Below, in pieces: positions 38,839 to 51,520 of a stretch of 64,000 bases of DNA. The DNA comes from Amoebophrya sp. A120 (lineage: Eukaryota; Protista; Dinoflagellata). How positions within the stretch are numbered: the first letter of the stretch is position 1; each line of letters starts with the position of its first letter. A program made the position numbers and the translations under genes. The notes under the pieces are model-generated. The model was not told the origin of the DNA and ran no database searches. It worked only from the letters and a program-made list of their open reading frames with translations. The stretch spans positions 2,297,700 to 2,361,699 of the forward strand of contig CAJINV010000006.1 in NCBI GenBank assembly GCA_905178155.1, written 5' to 3'.

Positions 38839-39770
38839 CTTGTTTTTTCTTCAAAGGATGTTTTTGCGGGGATCGGTGTCGTGCCGGGAGGGGATTTCTG
38901 TTTCTCTAAAAACAAAAAGTAAAAGTCCGGTGGAAAATGAAACTCCCTCCGGAAGATGAGTTTTAGTACGGTGTGAAGGTGTAGCAGCCCAAGGGTTTTG
39001 GGTCTGCGTAAAAGTTCAATCAAGTATAGAAAGAATCAACTTCAAATTGCTATTGCTGGGTGGGTGTGTGGATTATCACGCCAAATAATCCTCACAAGCA
39101 AGAGGAAACTAACATCATATCATAAGTCGGGGGCCTCAAGTTATGGGAAGGAGCTGCGATTGCTTCTCCTGTAGTGTTACATCGCGAATGAAGTCTTTAC
39201 CCCAGCAACATGGCACACTTTCGCATAGTCTAAGTTTAACATTGCTCGCATGCGACTTTATTTTCTTTGCGCGATTACTCAACATGGACACCATCACAAC
39301 AAGCGCGCCGTGTGTACGACAAACAAGTAGAGGCAGGATTTTATATTCCAGGTTCGCAGGTGGACGAAAACGAAAACCACGAATAGCGGAAGGACGAAAT
39401 AATTACAGCACAAGCAAACATAGTTATTTTAGCCTTGTTGTTACACCGAGTGTTGTTCAATTTGAATTTCACGAAACCGAACTACGCAACGCACAAAGAA
39501 TAAAACGAGGTTCGTTTCGACGAAATGGCAACTGAAACTTTGCTATTGTTTCTTGGACGATAAAAACAGTAGAACTTGTCTGACAAGAACAGCATATCCG
39601 TACACAACAGCCGCCTCTTCTTGCTACAAATGAGCATCCTGAGTGAAATTGAAATTGCGCACGCTTTGGTTACCAGATCAAGAAACTGCTATGCATTTCA
39701 TTTTCATTTCAGCCACTGTACTCATAAATCGGAAAAAAACCAGGCTGCAACTCCTCCGTCACCCTTGTGC

Positions 39771-42700
39771 CTACCTTGCCTGGAGCTCTTTCACAGCTTG
39801 GTCGTAAAAAGTTGTCGCGTAGTCTTTTTTGACCCAGTACCGTTTACACTCCCACCACGCCCCTGCCGCCGCGTTGATGGGCCCAAAAGCGGTTATGAGC
39901 GACCGGGTATGCCGCGACGAGATCGTGCACGGGTGTCCGTCCGCCATATCCTTCCGGATGCCAGGGCTGTTCTGTTGTACGGTCACGTGGATCTGCGTTA
40001 CCGGCTCCAGCGTGCGCTCGGCTTATCCTGTGCAAAAGTATCGTACTCGTACTAATTGCGTTTATGCATTACAAAACGTTGTGATAAGGCAAATCCGCAT
40101 TACAAAGTCAATTTGTAATGCTAAGTCAATTTGTAATGCAATCTATACTAGTACGATGCTTCTGCATTTCATACGGCGTACTCGAAGACAAACACATCCT
40201 CACGGCCCTCCATGTTCCCCGTTCCCCCGGTGAAGGACAAGGTCAAATGCGCGTCCTGATTGACGATAAACGTGTACCCCTGCGGTTTGATGTTGTGCTC
40301 GCACTTCTCCCAGCCGCGAACCGACCCCCAGGTCCCGTCTGGCGCGCTCGGCGCCCCGTGCCGCCAACAGCCGGGCGTCACGGCACCGCCGCTCCAGCCC
40401 TTGCCGTGGCCTATGAAGGGCACGTCGAACCATCGGTCATGGTTGTAGACTCTTAACATCCCGCGGTCTGGGCTGTGGATGCGCACGATCCGGAGCTCCA
40501 AGTCCCGGGGGCAGTAGTGGAGACCCTGAGAGGGGGCCGGCTGAGTCCTGCAACGGCTGGTGTCGAAAACCCGGGCCGCGTCGGTGGACATGAGGAACCT
40601 GTCGTGTAGCAAAACGAGCGAATCCGACCGCGCCCGGCCCCGCTCATGCTGTGACCAGAAGTTGATTTGCGGGGTTTGCCAGTCCGTACCCCCGTGGAAG
40701 GACGAAAGCCGGTAGTCGAAGTGGGAAGCACAGAGTCCCCCCGTGTCTTCGTCGTTATTCAAGTTGCAATGGTGGTTAAAGGACACAACCATGGCGGGGT
40801 TGTGATGCTCTTCTGCGGAAGTGTAAAATTTGTTGTTCACAAATTCCACGTGGCCGCTGCCTATCCTGTGCAAAAGTATCGTACTCGTATAAATGCAAAT
40901 ATTGCATTACAAATCTCGTACTCGTTCCCAAGGCAAATCTGCATTACAAATCTCATTTCTCATGCTGAGGAAATTTGTACTGTACTTATACGAGTACGAT
41001 GCTTTTGCAATTCATACTGCCCCCCGGTCCTTCCATCTGCTGGTTGTTCGCCATAAAAAGTATCAAATGTAAAAATGTCTGGGTCTGGAAGAATGCAACT
41101 TGTCATGCTAAATCTGAAGCATGCAAAAATCTGTGTTGCATGACTACCAAAAGTCGCCCAGTTTTGACCAAGTCGGGAGGCAGTTTCTCATGCAGGATAG
41201 GCATGAGAAAGATCGCACAGAATCTGTCATGCTAGGTCCTGCATTCCAGACCTCATGGGTCATTGAAAAGCTGCATGACAAGTCGCGCATTCTTCCAGAC
41301 CCAGACATTTTTACATTTGATAAAAAGACAGTCCCGGCTATCCCAGAGAAAAAAGCTGCTAAGTACCGACGGCACATTTGCATTTCTGATGCAACTGCTA
41401 ATGCAAAAAGAACAAACACAAACAGGCAGTAAATAAAAATCTGTCATGGGCAGCAGGCCCGGATCGCCATGGTGCTTAGGCCTAAATTAGCTTGCTGGAA
41501 ACAAGCGGATAGGATTTTCGAAACTACATGCGGAGGCAGGTTTTGGCAATCGATGAGAAGAACGGGCGGATAGGATTTTGAAAAAGGCAATGAGTAGACC
41601 GGGATGAAAGTGTGCCGCTTTGTTTATTTTCTGCGCAAGCGATTTGCCGTTCCGGGCCCGAGTCGCGGGTCGTTCACTTTTGCCGTTACAAATGTGGCAA
41701 CTACATGCTAGCAGCTTTCTTCTCCGGGATCATACCGACAGAACGGCCCAGCTCCCTCCCCCCTTCGGTACGTTTTCCAGTAGAAGCCCTTCAAGTTCCC
41801 AAAAGCCACGTAATATCCTGTGCAAAAGTATCGTACTAGTATAAATCGCAATACAAATTAGCTCAGCATTACAAACTTAAATTTGTAATGCTGATTTACC
41901 TTAACAACTAGATTTGTAATGCATAACTGCAATTAGTACGAGTGCGATACTTTTGCACTGCATACGTAGTTCTCGAACGTGATGTCCCCCATAGAGTAGG
42001 TTCCCGCCGCGAAGTCGTTGAAGGCTTCAAAGTATCAAATGTAAAAATGTCTGGGTCTGGAAGGTTCCGAGATTTGTAATGCAGTTTTTCCAAGCTCCAC
42101 CAAGTCTGGAATGCCGGGTCTAGCATCACAGGATCTGCAGCCCCTTGGTGATGCCTGTTCTGCATGACAAATGCCCTCTCAGCATGGCCAGAAATGGGCA
42201 CCTTTTGAGAGCCACGCAACACAGAGTTTTATGCGATTCACAACATGCATCACAAGTTCGAATCCTTGCAGACCCAGACATATTTGCAATCCATACAAAG
42301 TGGTTTTTCACCAAAATGGGACTCGCGTTGTCCAACCCCTCCCGCGTAAAGGGGAGACACGAGCTATCGCATTCAAAAACATCCCGACCTCCCCATAGTT
42401 GTACTTATTATGCAAATCTGCATGCTAAGAATGTTTGTCATGCGGAGCTCCATAGGAAGCATTTTCTTTTTGTGTTTCGGAATTTGTCATGCTCTAATCG
42501 GCATGGTATACTAGATCTTCTATGCTGCTGAACTACCTCAAACAGTAGTACGCTCCGAGTCCAAATTTGTCATGCAAAACAGCCAAAGCTTGTGGATTTG
42601 TCTAGCCGACTCCCCATCTTGACTCTGGGGTGCGTGGGGGCGTTTTTACATAGGATACGAGCCCCAGTCGGATACGAACCCGTTTCGGTCGGTGCGGACC

Positions 42701-45700
42701 TTTATGCATTGCAAAAGTATCGCACTTCTCGTATAAATGCATTACAAATTTCCTAAGGATGAGAAATAAAATTTGTAATGCAGAGTTGCCTTGCAAAGAA
42801 GATTTGTAATGCGAGACTGGCATTTGTACGAGTACGATACTTTTGCACAAGATAACCTTGCGCGGCCAGTGGTTGTTGGTGCCGTACCAGCCGATATGGA
42901 TTGCAAAAATGTCTGGGTCTGGAAGATTGCAACTTGTCATGCTAAATCCGAACCATGCAAAAGTCTGTGTTGCATGAGTGCCAAAAGCTGTCCACTTTCG
43001 ACCAAGTTGGGAGGGAGTTTCTCATGCAGGGTAGGCATGGAAGAGACCTCACAGGCTCTGTCATGCTAGGTCCCGCATTCCAGACCTCGCGGGTCATGGA
43101 AAACCTGCATGACAAGTTCACACTCTTCCAGACCCAGACATTTTTGCGTTTCGTACCCGAATCCGTTGTTGTTGTGGAAACTGTTGTCTTCAAACCTCCC
43201 GTATCAAACGCAAATATGTCATCTGGGTCGGGGAGATTGCAAGACTTGTCATGCTCTGATGATAGGACGAGAAAAAGATCTGTCATGCATATTGCGCTAC
43301 TGCGCTATTTTTTTGTATTATGCAAAAACGCTGTTTCCCATGCAGTATACGCAAGACCTAGTCGCTCAGAAACTTGTCATGCGCGTCCCCATGTTGGAGG
43401 TCGCTCACGATTCGCAAACTAGCATCACAAGTTTCCAGACCCAGACATATTTGCAGTGGATATCCCGTAGGGCAGATTCTGCTGGCAAATCCGGCCGGCC
43501 GCGGCTTCGATTCCGCGCCCGCCGTGGCCCCCCTGGTCGTTCACGTAAAAGGCGTTTTATGCTGTGCAAAAGCATCGTACTCGTAGTAATCGCAGTCATG
43601 CATTACAGATCTCCTTCTTAAACTAAATCCACATTACAAATTCCATTTTTCATGCTGAGGGAATTTGTCATGCGATTTCTACTAGTACGATACTTTTGCA
43701 ATGCATACGTTCTCGTGGCCGACAATGTGGTTGTTGATAATGTCGTTCGTGGGGCTTAGCAGGTACAGGGCCGACTGCTCTTTAAAATCCGAGTCGACGT
43801 TTTCCTTCACGTTCGCGGAATTTTCAAATCTGCAGTTCGCTCTTTTCAGGCAAACGAGGAAATTATTGGACAAAACGTTGTTTTTCTCGTTCCCATCCTC
43901 CACATACAGGCTCACGCCCCGCACATTCACGACAACATTCTGATCGACCAGGGCGTTTTGCGTTCCGTGCACCGTGATCCCCTTGGCCGTGCCGTCCTCG
44001 ACCACGTTCCCCACAAACCGGCAATTCTCCTGCCGCGCACAAAAGCCGACTTGGTGCAGGTGCAAGCAGTAGCTACCCCGGTACCGCCTCCCGCAGTTTT
44101 CGATTCTCGTGTGCAAAATTTCCATCGCGCCAGGCTCTCCACTCCAACCCGTCATCTGCATCGTCGTGATTCCCTGCGACCCCTTTTCCGGGTCGTGGTT
44201 GAGATACGGGTAAAACGGCCCCGTGATGACGATCCCCCGCGATAGGTTCCCCACTTCGGCTTGCAAGGGGATCAGATCGCGGATCCACTTGCCCCGCTAT
44301 CCCACGAAAAAAGTGCTTCACTGTAAGGATTTTGCAGGTTTTGCATCACAAGTTTGCTTCACATGACAGAGAAGGAGCTTTGCCATGCGAGGTTCCTAAG
44401 CGAAAACCCAGCTAAAAATCGACTGTCTTGCATGTTGAGCATGCGTAAGTAGCAAGACAAGCACTTCTAAGATTGCACTTTCTGCATTACAGGTTTACAG
44501 TGAAACAGTTTTTTTCCTGCGATACCCGCCGCATCCGGTGTAACCCCCAGTCCGTCTCGATTTTGCAATAGTTTCTCGAGTATCAAATGCAAAAAAGTGG
44601 CTGGGTCTGGAAGGATGCGAACTTGTGATGCATACTTGGATCACACAAAAATCTGTCATGCTTAGACAGGAAAGGGAGCTCCTTTTCCTGTCGCCGAAAG
44701 AAGGTGTTTGTCATGCGGATTGAGCATTGGGAAACCGTCTGCAAACCTGTGACGCGAGGCCTCGCATGGCACACCTTCCATGTCAAGCAGACACAGCATC
44801 ACAAACCTCAGCAATCTTCCAGACCCAGACATATTTGCATTTGATATCGAGCACTGGGGCGTCGCATCCGTCCCCCGGCCCTTTTGGCTCCAGCAAATTT
44901 CCGGCCCGTTGTAAATCCGGTCGACTTATCGAATGCAAAAATGTCTGGGTCTGGAAGAATGCAAGTTTGTCATGCTTGTCTGGCATGACTCGAGAATCTG
45001 TCCTGCATAGGCACGAAAGAGCCCTCTTAACTGTCAACATGCGAGAAGGCAGTCTGCCACGCGGAATACGTCTGACATGGCAGCCACATCAAAATTTGTC
45101 ATGCATAGCTGCGTATTGCGGCGCATCTATCAACATTCACTTAGACTTATATTTATAGCATTACAAGTTTCTAGACCCAGACACTTTTGCATTTCATACG
45201 ACTTTGGTGAGCTGCTTTTTCTCGCTCTCCGAGTCCTCGGGCGCTTCCCGCCCACTCGTGCCCAAGTGCTCCCCGCCGGTGGCGGCGACGACAATGGAGT
45301 CCCCCACCTGCCAATTGTCGCACGCCAAAACCGTCATGGTTTTCGCCCATTGTATCAACTGTAAAAATGTGTGGGTCTGGAAGAATGTATGTTTGTCATG
45401 CTTGTCTGGCATGACTCTTAAGTCTGTCATGCACCTTGCCCAAGAGCTCCATTTTTCTGTGATGCAGAAACGCAGTCTGTCATGCAGAATAGGCAACACC
45501 TAGAAGCTCAGAAACTTGTCATGCTGAGCCAGCACTTGTGGCCTCATCATGAGACGCCACCCAGCATCACAAGTTTCCAGACCCAGACATTTTTACATTT
45601 GGTACATTGCGGGCTGTCCTCGATCAGGAGCGACCAGGAAGTTTTCGGTCGTCCATACAAGCGAACAATCCCCCCTTCTGACATCAGCTCCCCTATCAAA

Positions 45701-48700
45701 TGCAAAAGTATCTGGGTCTGGAAGAATCCGAACTTGTGATGCTGCATTTGGATTCCAAAAAAATCTGTATTGCATAAGCAGCAAAGGGAGTGCAATTTTG
45801 GCTACGCGGAGAGGGCATTTGCCATGCGGAATAGGCATCGCAGAGCCCTCAAAAAGTCTGTGATGCTAGGGCATGCATCACAGACATCATGGCCCATGCA
45901 AAACGTGCATGACAAGTCTCAGAATCTTCCAGACCCAGACATTTTTACATTTGATATCTCCACTTTGGAGGCAATTGTCTGGACGGGGGTGGGGGTCGAA
46001 CCCGCAGAAATCGTGGTGCAGAATGATTCTCACGTTCTCCACACCGAGTACTGGATTCTTGTCCACACCGGCAACGAACTTCCCGCTGCTGGACACGTGG
46101 ATTCTTCTCGCCTCGATTTGCGTGTTGGACACGAGTTCCAAATAACCGTCGACGGTGATGAAACTGCTATGACACTGCACGACTCCCCATTCCCCTCATT
46201 TGTCATGTGAAATACCAAATCCAGGCTGTGCCTCTTGGCACTGCTTGCATGACAAACAAATCCGGAAGCCCAAACAGTACTACACTCGTCCTGGGCAACT
46301 TTGTCATGCAAAACCGGCATTCTTGCTGACGCTTGTATTGCCGTAGTTCATGCCATACAAATGAGGGGGAGGGGGAGTGGTGTACTCCCATAACTGCCCG
46401 CACAGCGCGTGAAGACGTCCCCGGACTGGAAAATCACGCACTCGTCGCGGGCGATCCGTATCAACTGCAAATATCGATCTGGGTCTGTGTAATTATTGCG
46501 AGATTTGTCATGCTAGTCTAGCATGTCTCTGAACTTTGTATTGCGCGGCCGCAAAGCGCTTCTGTTCTTGCCTGTCATGCAAAAACGCAGTTTCTCATGC
46601 GGGGTACGCAAATCAGAATCACGGAAAAACTTGTCATGCTTGGCAGCGCATCAGAGTGTGCTCACTATTTGTTCCTTTCTTGCATCACAAGTTTCCAGAC
46701 CCAGACATATTTGCAGTGGATAACCCGACAAGTGTGCCAATTCCCCGCACTGTAAATCATCCTTGCGCAGTTCCGTTTCAGCTCGTTATCAACCACGACC
46801 TCGGGCTCGGGGGCGGCAGTGGTTATTATAGTTGGGCGACTGGTGGTCGTAGCAACGACTACAGGTATAATCGTTGGGTTCCTCGTCTCAGTGGTCGAGC
46901 CAGTGTCTATAATAGTTGGGGTATCAAATGCAAAAATGTCTGGGTCTGGAAGGATTGGAACTTGTCATGCGATTTCTGGAACAGGCAAAAATTTGTGTTG
47001 CATAAGCACCAAAAACTTCCCATTTCTTGCTACGAGGCCTGTGCAAAACCTGTAATGCTTTTGCGTGCATTAGAGACCAGTTGCGTGATCCAGCAGATAC
47101 ATGACAAACTCCTGCAATCTTCCAGACCCAGACATTTTTGCATTCGATATGGGGTTCTCGTCGTGGTGCTTGGACGTACTTGTGGCAATTTTCCTGGGGG
47201 GGCGCGAGTCGTGGTTCTTGGGGTCGTGGTGACCACGAGAGGATTTGCGGTATTGACAGTAGTCCCCGTCGTCGTGTCTTTCAGTAGATTCTGTCCGGGA
47301 CTCGTGGTGGTCTCTGGAATATGCAACTGTGAGGATCGAAATTGACAAAATCGAAAAGTTTGTCATGCATCAAATGCACGACGCGAAATACGTGTGTTGC
47401 AGAGCAGGCAAGTGAGGCCGATTGTAAGCCTGTTTGGGGTTATAGCTCGCGCTGCTAAAGCAGCATGAGAGAATCAGCCTTCTTTGCCTAAACAGCATTA
47501 CAAACTGGATTTGCACACCACCAGAATTTGTCATGCGCCACTTAGAAACTGAGTTCGAACTGGAATCCATTTTATGCATGGCAAATCATTTTGATTTTGT
47601 CAATTTCGATTCTGACACTTCCATACGGAACTGGGTATTCGTATTGTCCTTGCCCGGCACTGCCTTCTACTTCTTCGCCGCTTGCACCAGGAAGATGCTG
47701 ATTTGCAGTTGCACCAATCGCGTTGGCCTCTCCTCCGGTGGCCGGTAGTTGTTCTTGTACGCGCGTGTTTCTACTTTCCTCCTCCCCCCCGTAGCAAAAC
47801 GCGCAGGCCTGCGCCTCTCCCGGCTCACGAGGACGCGGCATGGTGACCAATTTGTCACTCTTAGACGGCTCCCGGTACAGTTCCCCCGTGGTTCTCATTT
47901 GTTCAGGCATGTTATTATCGCCCGACGGCGGTGGTCGTGTGACGCCATCTACATAACGACTCGCAGGTACTAGTACGGCTGCACCAGATCGTCCCGCTGC
48001 GCGTCCTCCTAGGTAGGCTTTTGCGTGATGCGCTGCTGGATTAGGATTTTTGGTACTCTCGTTTACGATTTCTTGTTGACCACGCCCAAGACCTGCTACC
48101 TCCTCGCGCACTCCTGCAACTTCTGAACTAGGACTCGGAAGAGCCACTTTATCATCATCAATCTTCACGACCTCCGGAAAGAATTGGCTACTTCCATGAT
48201 CTCGTCGGGGACTCAAAATCATTATCTCTTCGTACCACGCACTTCTCTGTGCAAGTGGAAACGCGACACACGAGAATTCCCGCATGGAGCACTGAAACTT
48301 CGTGCACATATTCTGCATCTGCTGTGGTTCTGGCGTTTCGCCCACGTGGTCCGGTAGAAGTTCTTGAGGCACCAGCCCCAGCGGCTCTGACGAGGGGACC
48401 AACGATGTTGATCCGTGTGCTGGCCTTTTCATCCGCCCTCTGATTGCGCACTTTTCGAGACAGGCTTTGCACGAAGATTCTTTTGCAATTTCATCCTCGA
48501 GACTGTGCATCCTGTCCTTTTCCATCGGAGACAAAAAAGGACCGGCGATCGTGGTCGTGGCCATGGGTTGCACTTTTTTTTCGGTTGCGTCTGCAATAGT
48601 CGAGGGCAGCTGCACAGGGCGGGCCGTACGAAAGTATTCGGAATTTGTTCTTCCGGTCGTCGTGTCTTGTTCTCCTGATGTAATCGAAAAGACATCGACG

Positions 48701-49170
48701 TCGTCTTTGCTCCTGGGGCCGTAGTCCACCAACAACCGGGGCTTGTTCTCTACAACTTCTACCTGCGCAAAGGATCCTGGTCCGTCTCCTTGACCTTGTC
48801 CTTCCAGACCCGATAATTTCTGTGCCGCATGTAGTTTATGGTTTTCTTGATGTTCCCCGCCCCGCTGGTGCGTTTGTTTGTGCAGAAACGTCGACGTGCT
48901 CGATGTGTAGTGGCTTTGACTTCTTTCCCGACCCCGGTCAAATACACCAGGAGTGGCCTCTTTACGAGGATCAACAGCTTCGTCACCTTTTGTTCTGCGA
49001 GCAGGAGTCGAACCTGCTGTATTAACTAATGTCCTAACATTTTTCTTCTTGCTTATTGTTTTCAACGGCCGCTGCACTAGCGTTAGAGCCACGGGAAAAC
49101 AAGAGGAGAGGGAGTCCAAATAAAGACACCAGAAAGAAATTATGCGAAACCAAAAGCAAAGAGCATTCAT
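39771..49170 (-). CDS. Secreted G8-domain / parallel beta-helix protein (fibrocystin-L/TMEM2/CEMIP-like), ~1500 aa; 20 introners
   Basis: G8-like ITVDGYLELV..IEARRIHV..GKFVAG..IILH; NWQVGDSIVVAAT; QAEVGNLSRGIVITG; YCLHLH; GITVHGT..VDQNV..YVEDGNEKNNVLSNN. Spliced length 4503 nt. The 3' end may extend via a GT donor near 39774. Confidence 0.88.
40024..40173. mobile_element. Introner family A
   Basis: TSD cggct/cggcg. Confidence 0.9.
40862..41016. mobile_element. Introner family A
   Basis: TSD ctgcc. Confidence 0.9.
41061..41322. mobile_element. Introner family B
   Basis: TSD aaaag. Confidence 0.9.
41339..41734. mobile_element. Introner, long singleton type
   Basis: TIR atccc.gagaa.aaagctgcta; TSD ccggc/ccgac. 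Confidence 0.85.
41814..41964. mobile_element. Introner family A
   Basis: TSD cgtaa/cgtag. Confidence 0.9.
42033..42295. mobile_element. Introner family B
   Basis: TSD caaag. Confidence 0.9.
42365..42657. mobile_element. Introner family F
   Basis: TSD cgagc. Confidence 0.85.
42703..42854. mobile_element. Introner family A
   Basis: TSD acctt. Confidence 0.9.
42895..43155. mobile_element. Introner family B
   Basis: TAT..GTA; TSD gccga/cccga. Confidence 0.85.
43202..43462. mobile_element. Introner family B
   Basis: TSD tcccg. Confidence 0.9.
43558..43707. mobile_element. Introner family A
   Basis: TSD cgttt/cgttc. Confidence 0.9.
44298..44524. mobile_element. Introner family E
   Basis: TSD cccgc. 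Confidence 0.9.
44581..44846. mobile_element. Introner family B
   Basis: TSD tcgag. Confidence 0.9.
44927..45198. mobile_element. Introner family B
   Basis: TSD cgact. Confidence 0.9.
45353..45604. mobile_element. Introner family B
   Basis: TAT..GTA; TSD cattg. Confidence 0.9.
45694..45956. mobile_element. Introner family B, inverted relative to 9510
   Basis: TSD tcccc/tctcc. Confidence 0.9.
46168..46392. mobile_element. Introner family D
   Basis: TSD actgc. Confidence 0.9.
46459..46722. mobile_element. Introner family B
   Basis: TSD atccg/acccg. Confidence 0.85.
46922..47149. mobile_element. Introner family B
   Basis: TSD tgggg. Confidence 0.9.
47320..47625. mobile_element. Introner, singleton TIR type
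   Basis: TIR atcgaaattgacaaaatc; TSD tggaa/cggaa. Confidence 0.85.
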
Positions 49171-50221
49171 GATCGAGGAAACAAAGAGGAGGTAGGAGAA
49201 ATGTACTATCTGTAGAATGGATTTCTAATTCTAAGCTTAGAAGGTGAAGGTCTTGTGCCAAGAAGGATCGTGCATGACTCAGGTGGGGGTGCTGGAGTGT
49301 ACTTATTAATTTATGGTACTTCTGCTCCAACTTGTGGCTCACGACGAATTTTAAGTGCTGCAATTTTATCACACTAAACACATGCTTACGCCGGACACGG
49401 ACTCGCCGGAAGCCTAGATGACTGAAGCAGACACGCGTTGTGAAGCGTTACGGAATAGCAGCGCACCGACGAGAGGGAAAATCTTCACAACACAAGTAGA
49501 CATCAGATCAAAGGCGGTTTGTTCGATTTGTCAAGTGCAACGATTGGCGCACGATTGAAGAAAGCGTACGAGTGTTTCTTGTGACTTTCTTGTACGACGA
49601 GGATAACTAGTGTAACGGACGTTGCCAAGAGCGTGCCAACACAGGCCAGCCATAGAAATCTTCCATCAGACGAGAGCAGAGCGCTGGTACAATACGCTTA
49701 TCAAGGACGGAGGACGACAGGACGACGGCAAGGAGAAGATTTCTATTTCAAGATATGAAGAGGAACAAGCAGGAGAGCAGAGAAACAAACTAACAAGAGC
49801 CTCAGCACCGTTTTTCTCCTTCTTGGGAGATCCTCAATGCTGGCTTATTTCGGTTGCACGAATACAAATTGAAAAAACTTTGGGTACCTGCGAATATAAA
49901 GTTTCAGTACGCGTGGGAGGGCGCATAAATAGCTACTTTCTCCTTCTATCCAAGGAGCCGTGCGCGACAGTTTCTGTTCTGAATTTGCTCCTTTCACAGG
50001 CCGCAAGAGAACACCAGGGTGGCATTCATAGAAAGCTGTGAAATTGAAATGTGATGAAGATATCGTAATGGGGAGGGACAATTGAACCCGAAAGACGTAT
50101 AGGCACCACAAGATCACGAGCTCTGCCGAGGCTGCACACCATTTTTGTTCCTTTTACTGTATTGTAACCATTCTACTGCAACACATCCAACCCTAATCTT
50201 TTCGGTTTCTTCATACTATTC

Positions 50222-51520
50222 TCAAATCCGATCGTAATCCCCTGTTCTGTCCGCAAACGCCTCGCTGCCACAGCAGAAGACGTAAAAGAAAACGGCGCCG
50301 AGAAGGAAAAATACGAAGAACCCAAAAAGCGCCAGGTGGAGTAGGTGACACACACAGGAGCTATCTATATCTTCGTTTTCATCTATCATTTCCTCGCTGC
50401 GCCCTGAATTTTTGGATGATGCTGTAGTTCCACCCGTGTTCTTCGTCCCGAGGTCGGTCGTTGTTTCACTACTGCTCAAAGGGGGTGTTGCCGCGCCCTC
50501 GGGCAGTTGAAAGGCTGGATTTGCTTGCGGAGGCGGGGGCTTTTTTGTTGTACCACTGCTCTCCGGTGGCTCCGACCCCGGCGCGCCAGGGTTGTTTTCC
50601 ATGGTACCGCCAAAAATGAAGGGGTCTTGGGGCGAACCGGGCTGCTTGTTCTTGGTGGCACCGGAACGACGTCCTCGCGTTTGTTCTACAACAACTCGGT
50701 TGGTCGTAGTTCTACTTGATTCAGACTCTCCGACTTTCAACAAAATCTGCTGCTTTTCGCTCGTACTTCGACTAGCAATGGAGGACCTGCTCCGTGTAGA
50801 AAAGAACCTCGTCTTACCACTTGTTTCCGTTTGAGAAAAAGAGCTGCTGGTGCTGGTACTCTTCCTGCTTGGCTCCCCCGGGTGGTCATCGTCTTGCGGA
50901 CTACGGATACGATCCTGCCCTTGAAGATCATGGGCTCGGTTTGTCAGTGAAGCATGAGCCGTGAGGTCGTCGACCCTTGATGTCTCTACTGAATCATTTG
51001 ATTTGGATTTATGGTCATGGGATGCTCCCTGCAGGAAAAACCCGAGCACTGTTCTTGGCCGCCCACGGCGCTGCTCCTCCCGTTGCAAATTTTTGCGCCG
51101 AAGTTTCTCAAATCGAAAGTCCGCTATGAGTCGGTCCGCTGTTTGATGTTCTGGTGAAGATGTCGCGCTCGCGCCTACTGCACCTTGTATTGGTGGTGCT
51201 GGTGCCGCGTCGTGTTGCATCAACCCGATGTGTGCTTTTCTTTCTGACTGTTCAAGAATCGACGACGCAGCTCTTGCTGTCGACTTCGCTCGTTGTTCCT
51301 GAGATTGTTCTTGCTCGTCTTTCGCTCTTCGCCGCCCGCTCTGACTGGTGCTCGTGCTGGTGCTCGCCGTCCCAACACTCTTCTGCTTGAATACCGCGAC
51401 GGCACTTATGGTTGGTGTTATGACCACCCCGGAGCGGGCGCAGAAATAAAAAACTGCCGCGACCACGGTTCTTGCGGTAGAACGGCGCAGAAGTTCTTGC
51501 TTGGGTAGATAAGCCAACAT
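50222..51520 (-). CDS. Intronless 432-aa hypothetical protein with N-terminal hydrophobic segment and C-terminal TM
   Basis: Long ORF; VVAAVFYFCA near the N-terminus; LLHLALFGFFVFFLLGAVFFYVFCC near the C-terminus. Confidence 0.75.
   Translation of the reverse strand: MLAYLPKQELLRRSTARTVVAAVFYFCARSGVVITPTISAVAVFKQKSVGTASTSTSTSQSGRRRAKDEQEQSQEQRAKSTARAASSILEQSERKAHIGLMQHDAAPAPPIQGAVGASATSSPEHQTADRLIADFRFEKLRRKNLQREEQRRGRPRTVLGFFLQGASHDHKSKSNDSVETSRVDDLTAHASLTNRAHDLQGQDRIRSPQDDDHPGEPSRKSTSTSSSFSQTETSGKTRFFSTRSRSSIASRSTSEKQQILLKVGESESSRTTTNRVVVEQTRGRRSGATKNKQPGSPQDPFIFGGTMENNPGAPGSEPPESSGTTKKPPPPQANPAFQLPEGAATPPLSSSETTTDLGTKNTGGTTASSKNSGRSEEMIDENEDIDSSCVCHLLHLALFGFFVFFLLGAVFFYVFCCGSEAFADRTGDYDRI

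Noticed and set aside
40024-47149. Dispersed near-identical repeats as a CRISPR array
   Set aside because: The repeats are inverted pairs with TSDs, the intervening DNA is exon sequence, spacing is irregular, and no cas genes are present
3252-49170. Genes as transposon-killed pseudogenes
   Set aside because: Frames and motifs stay intact across 7-20 insertions per gene, with no stops at the junctions checked
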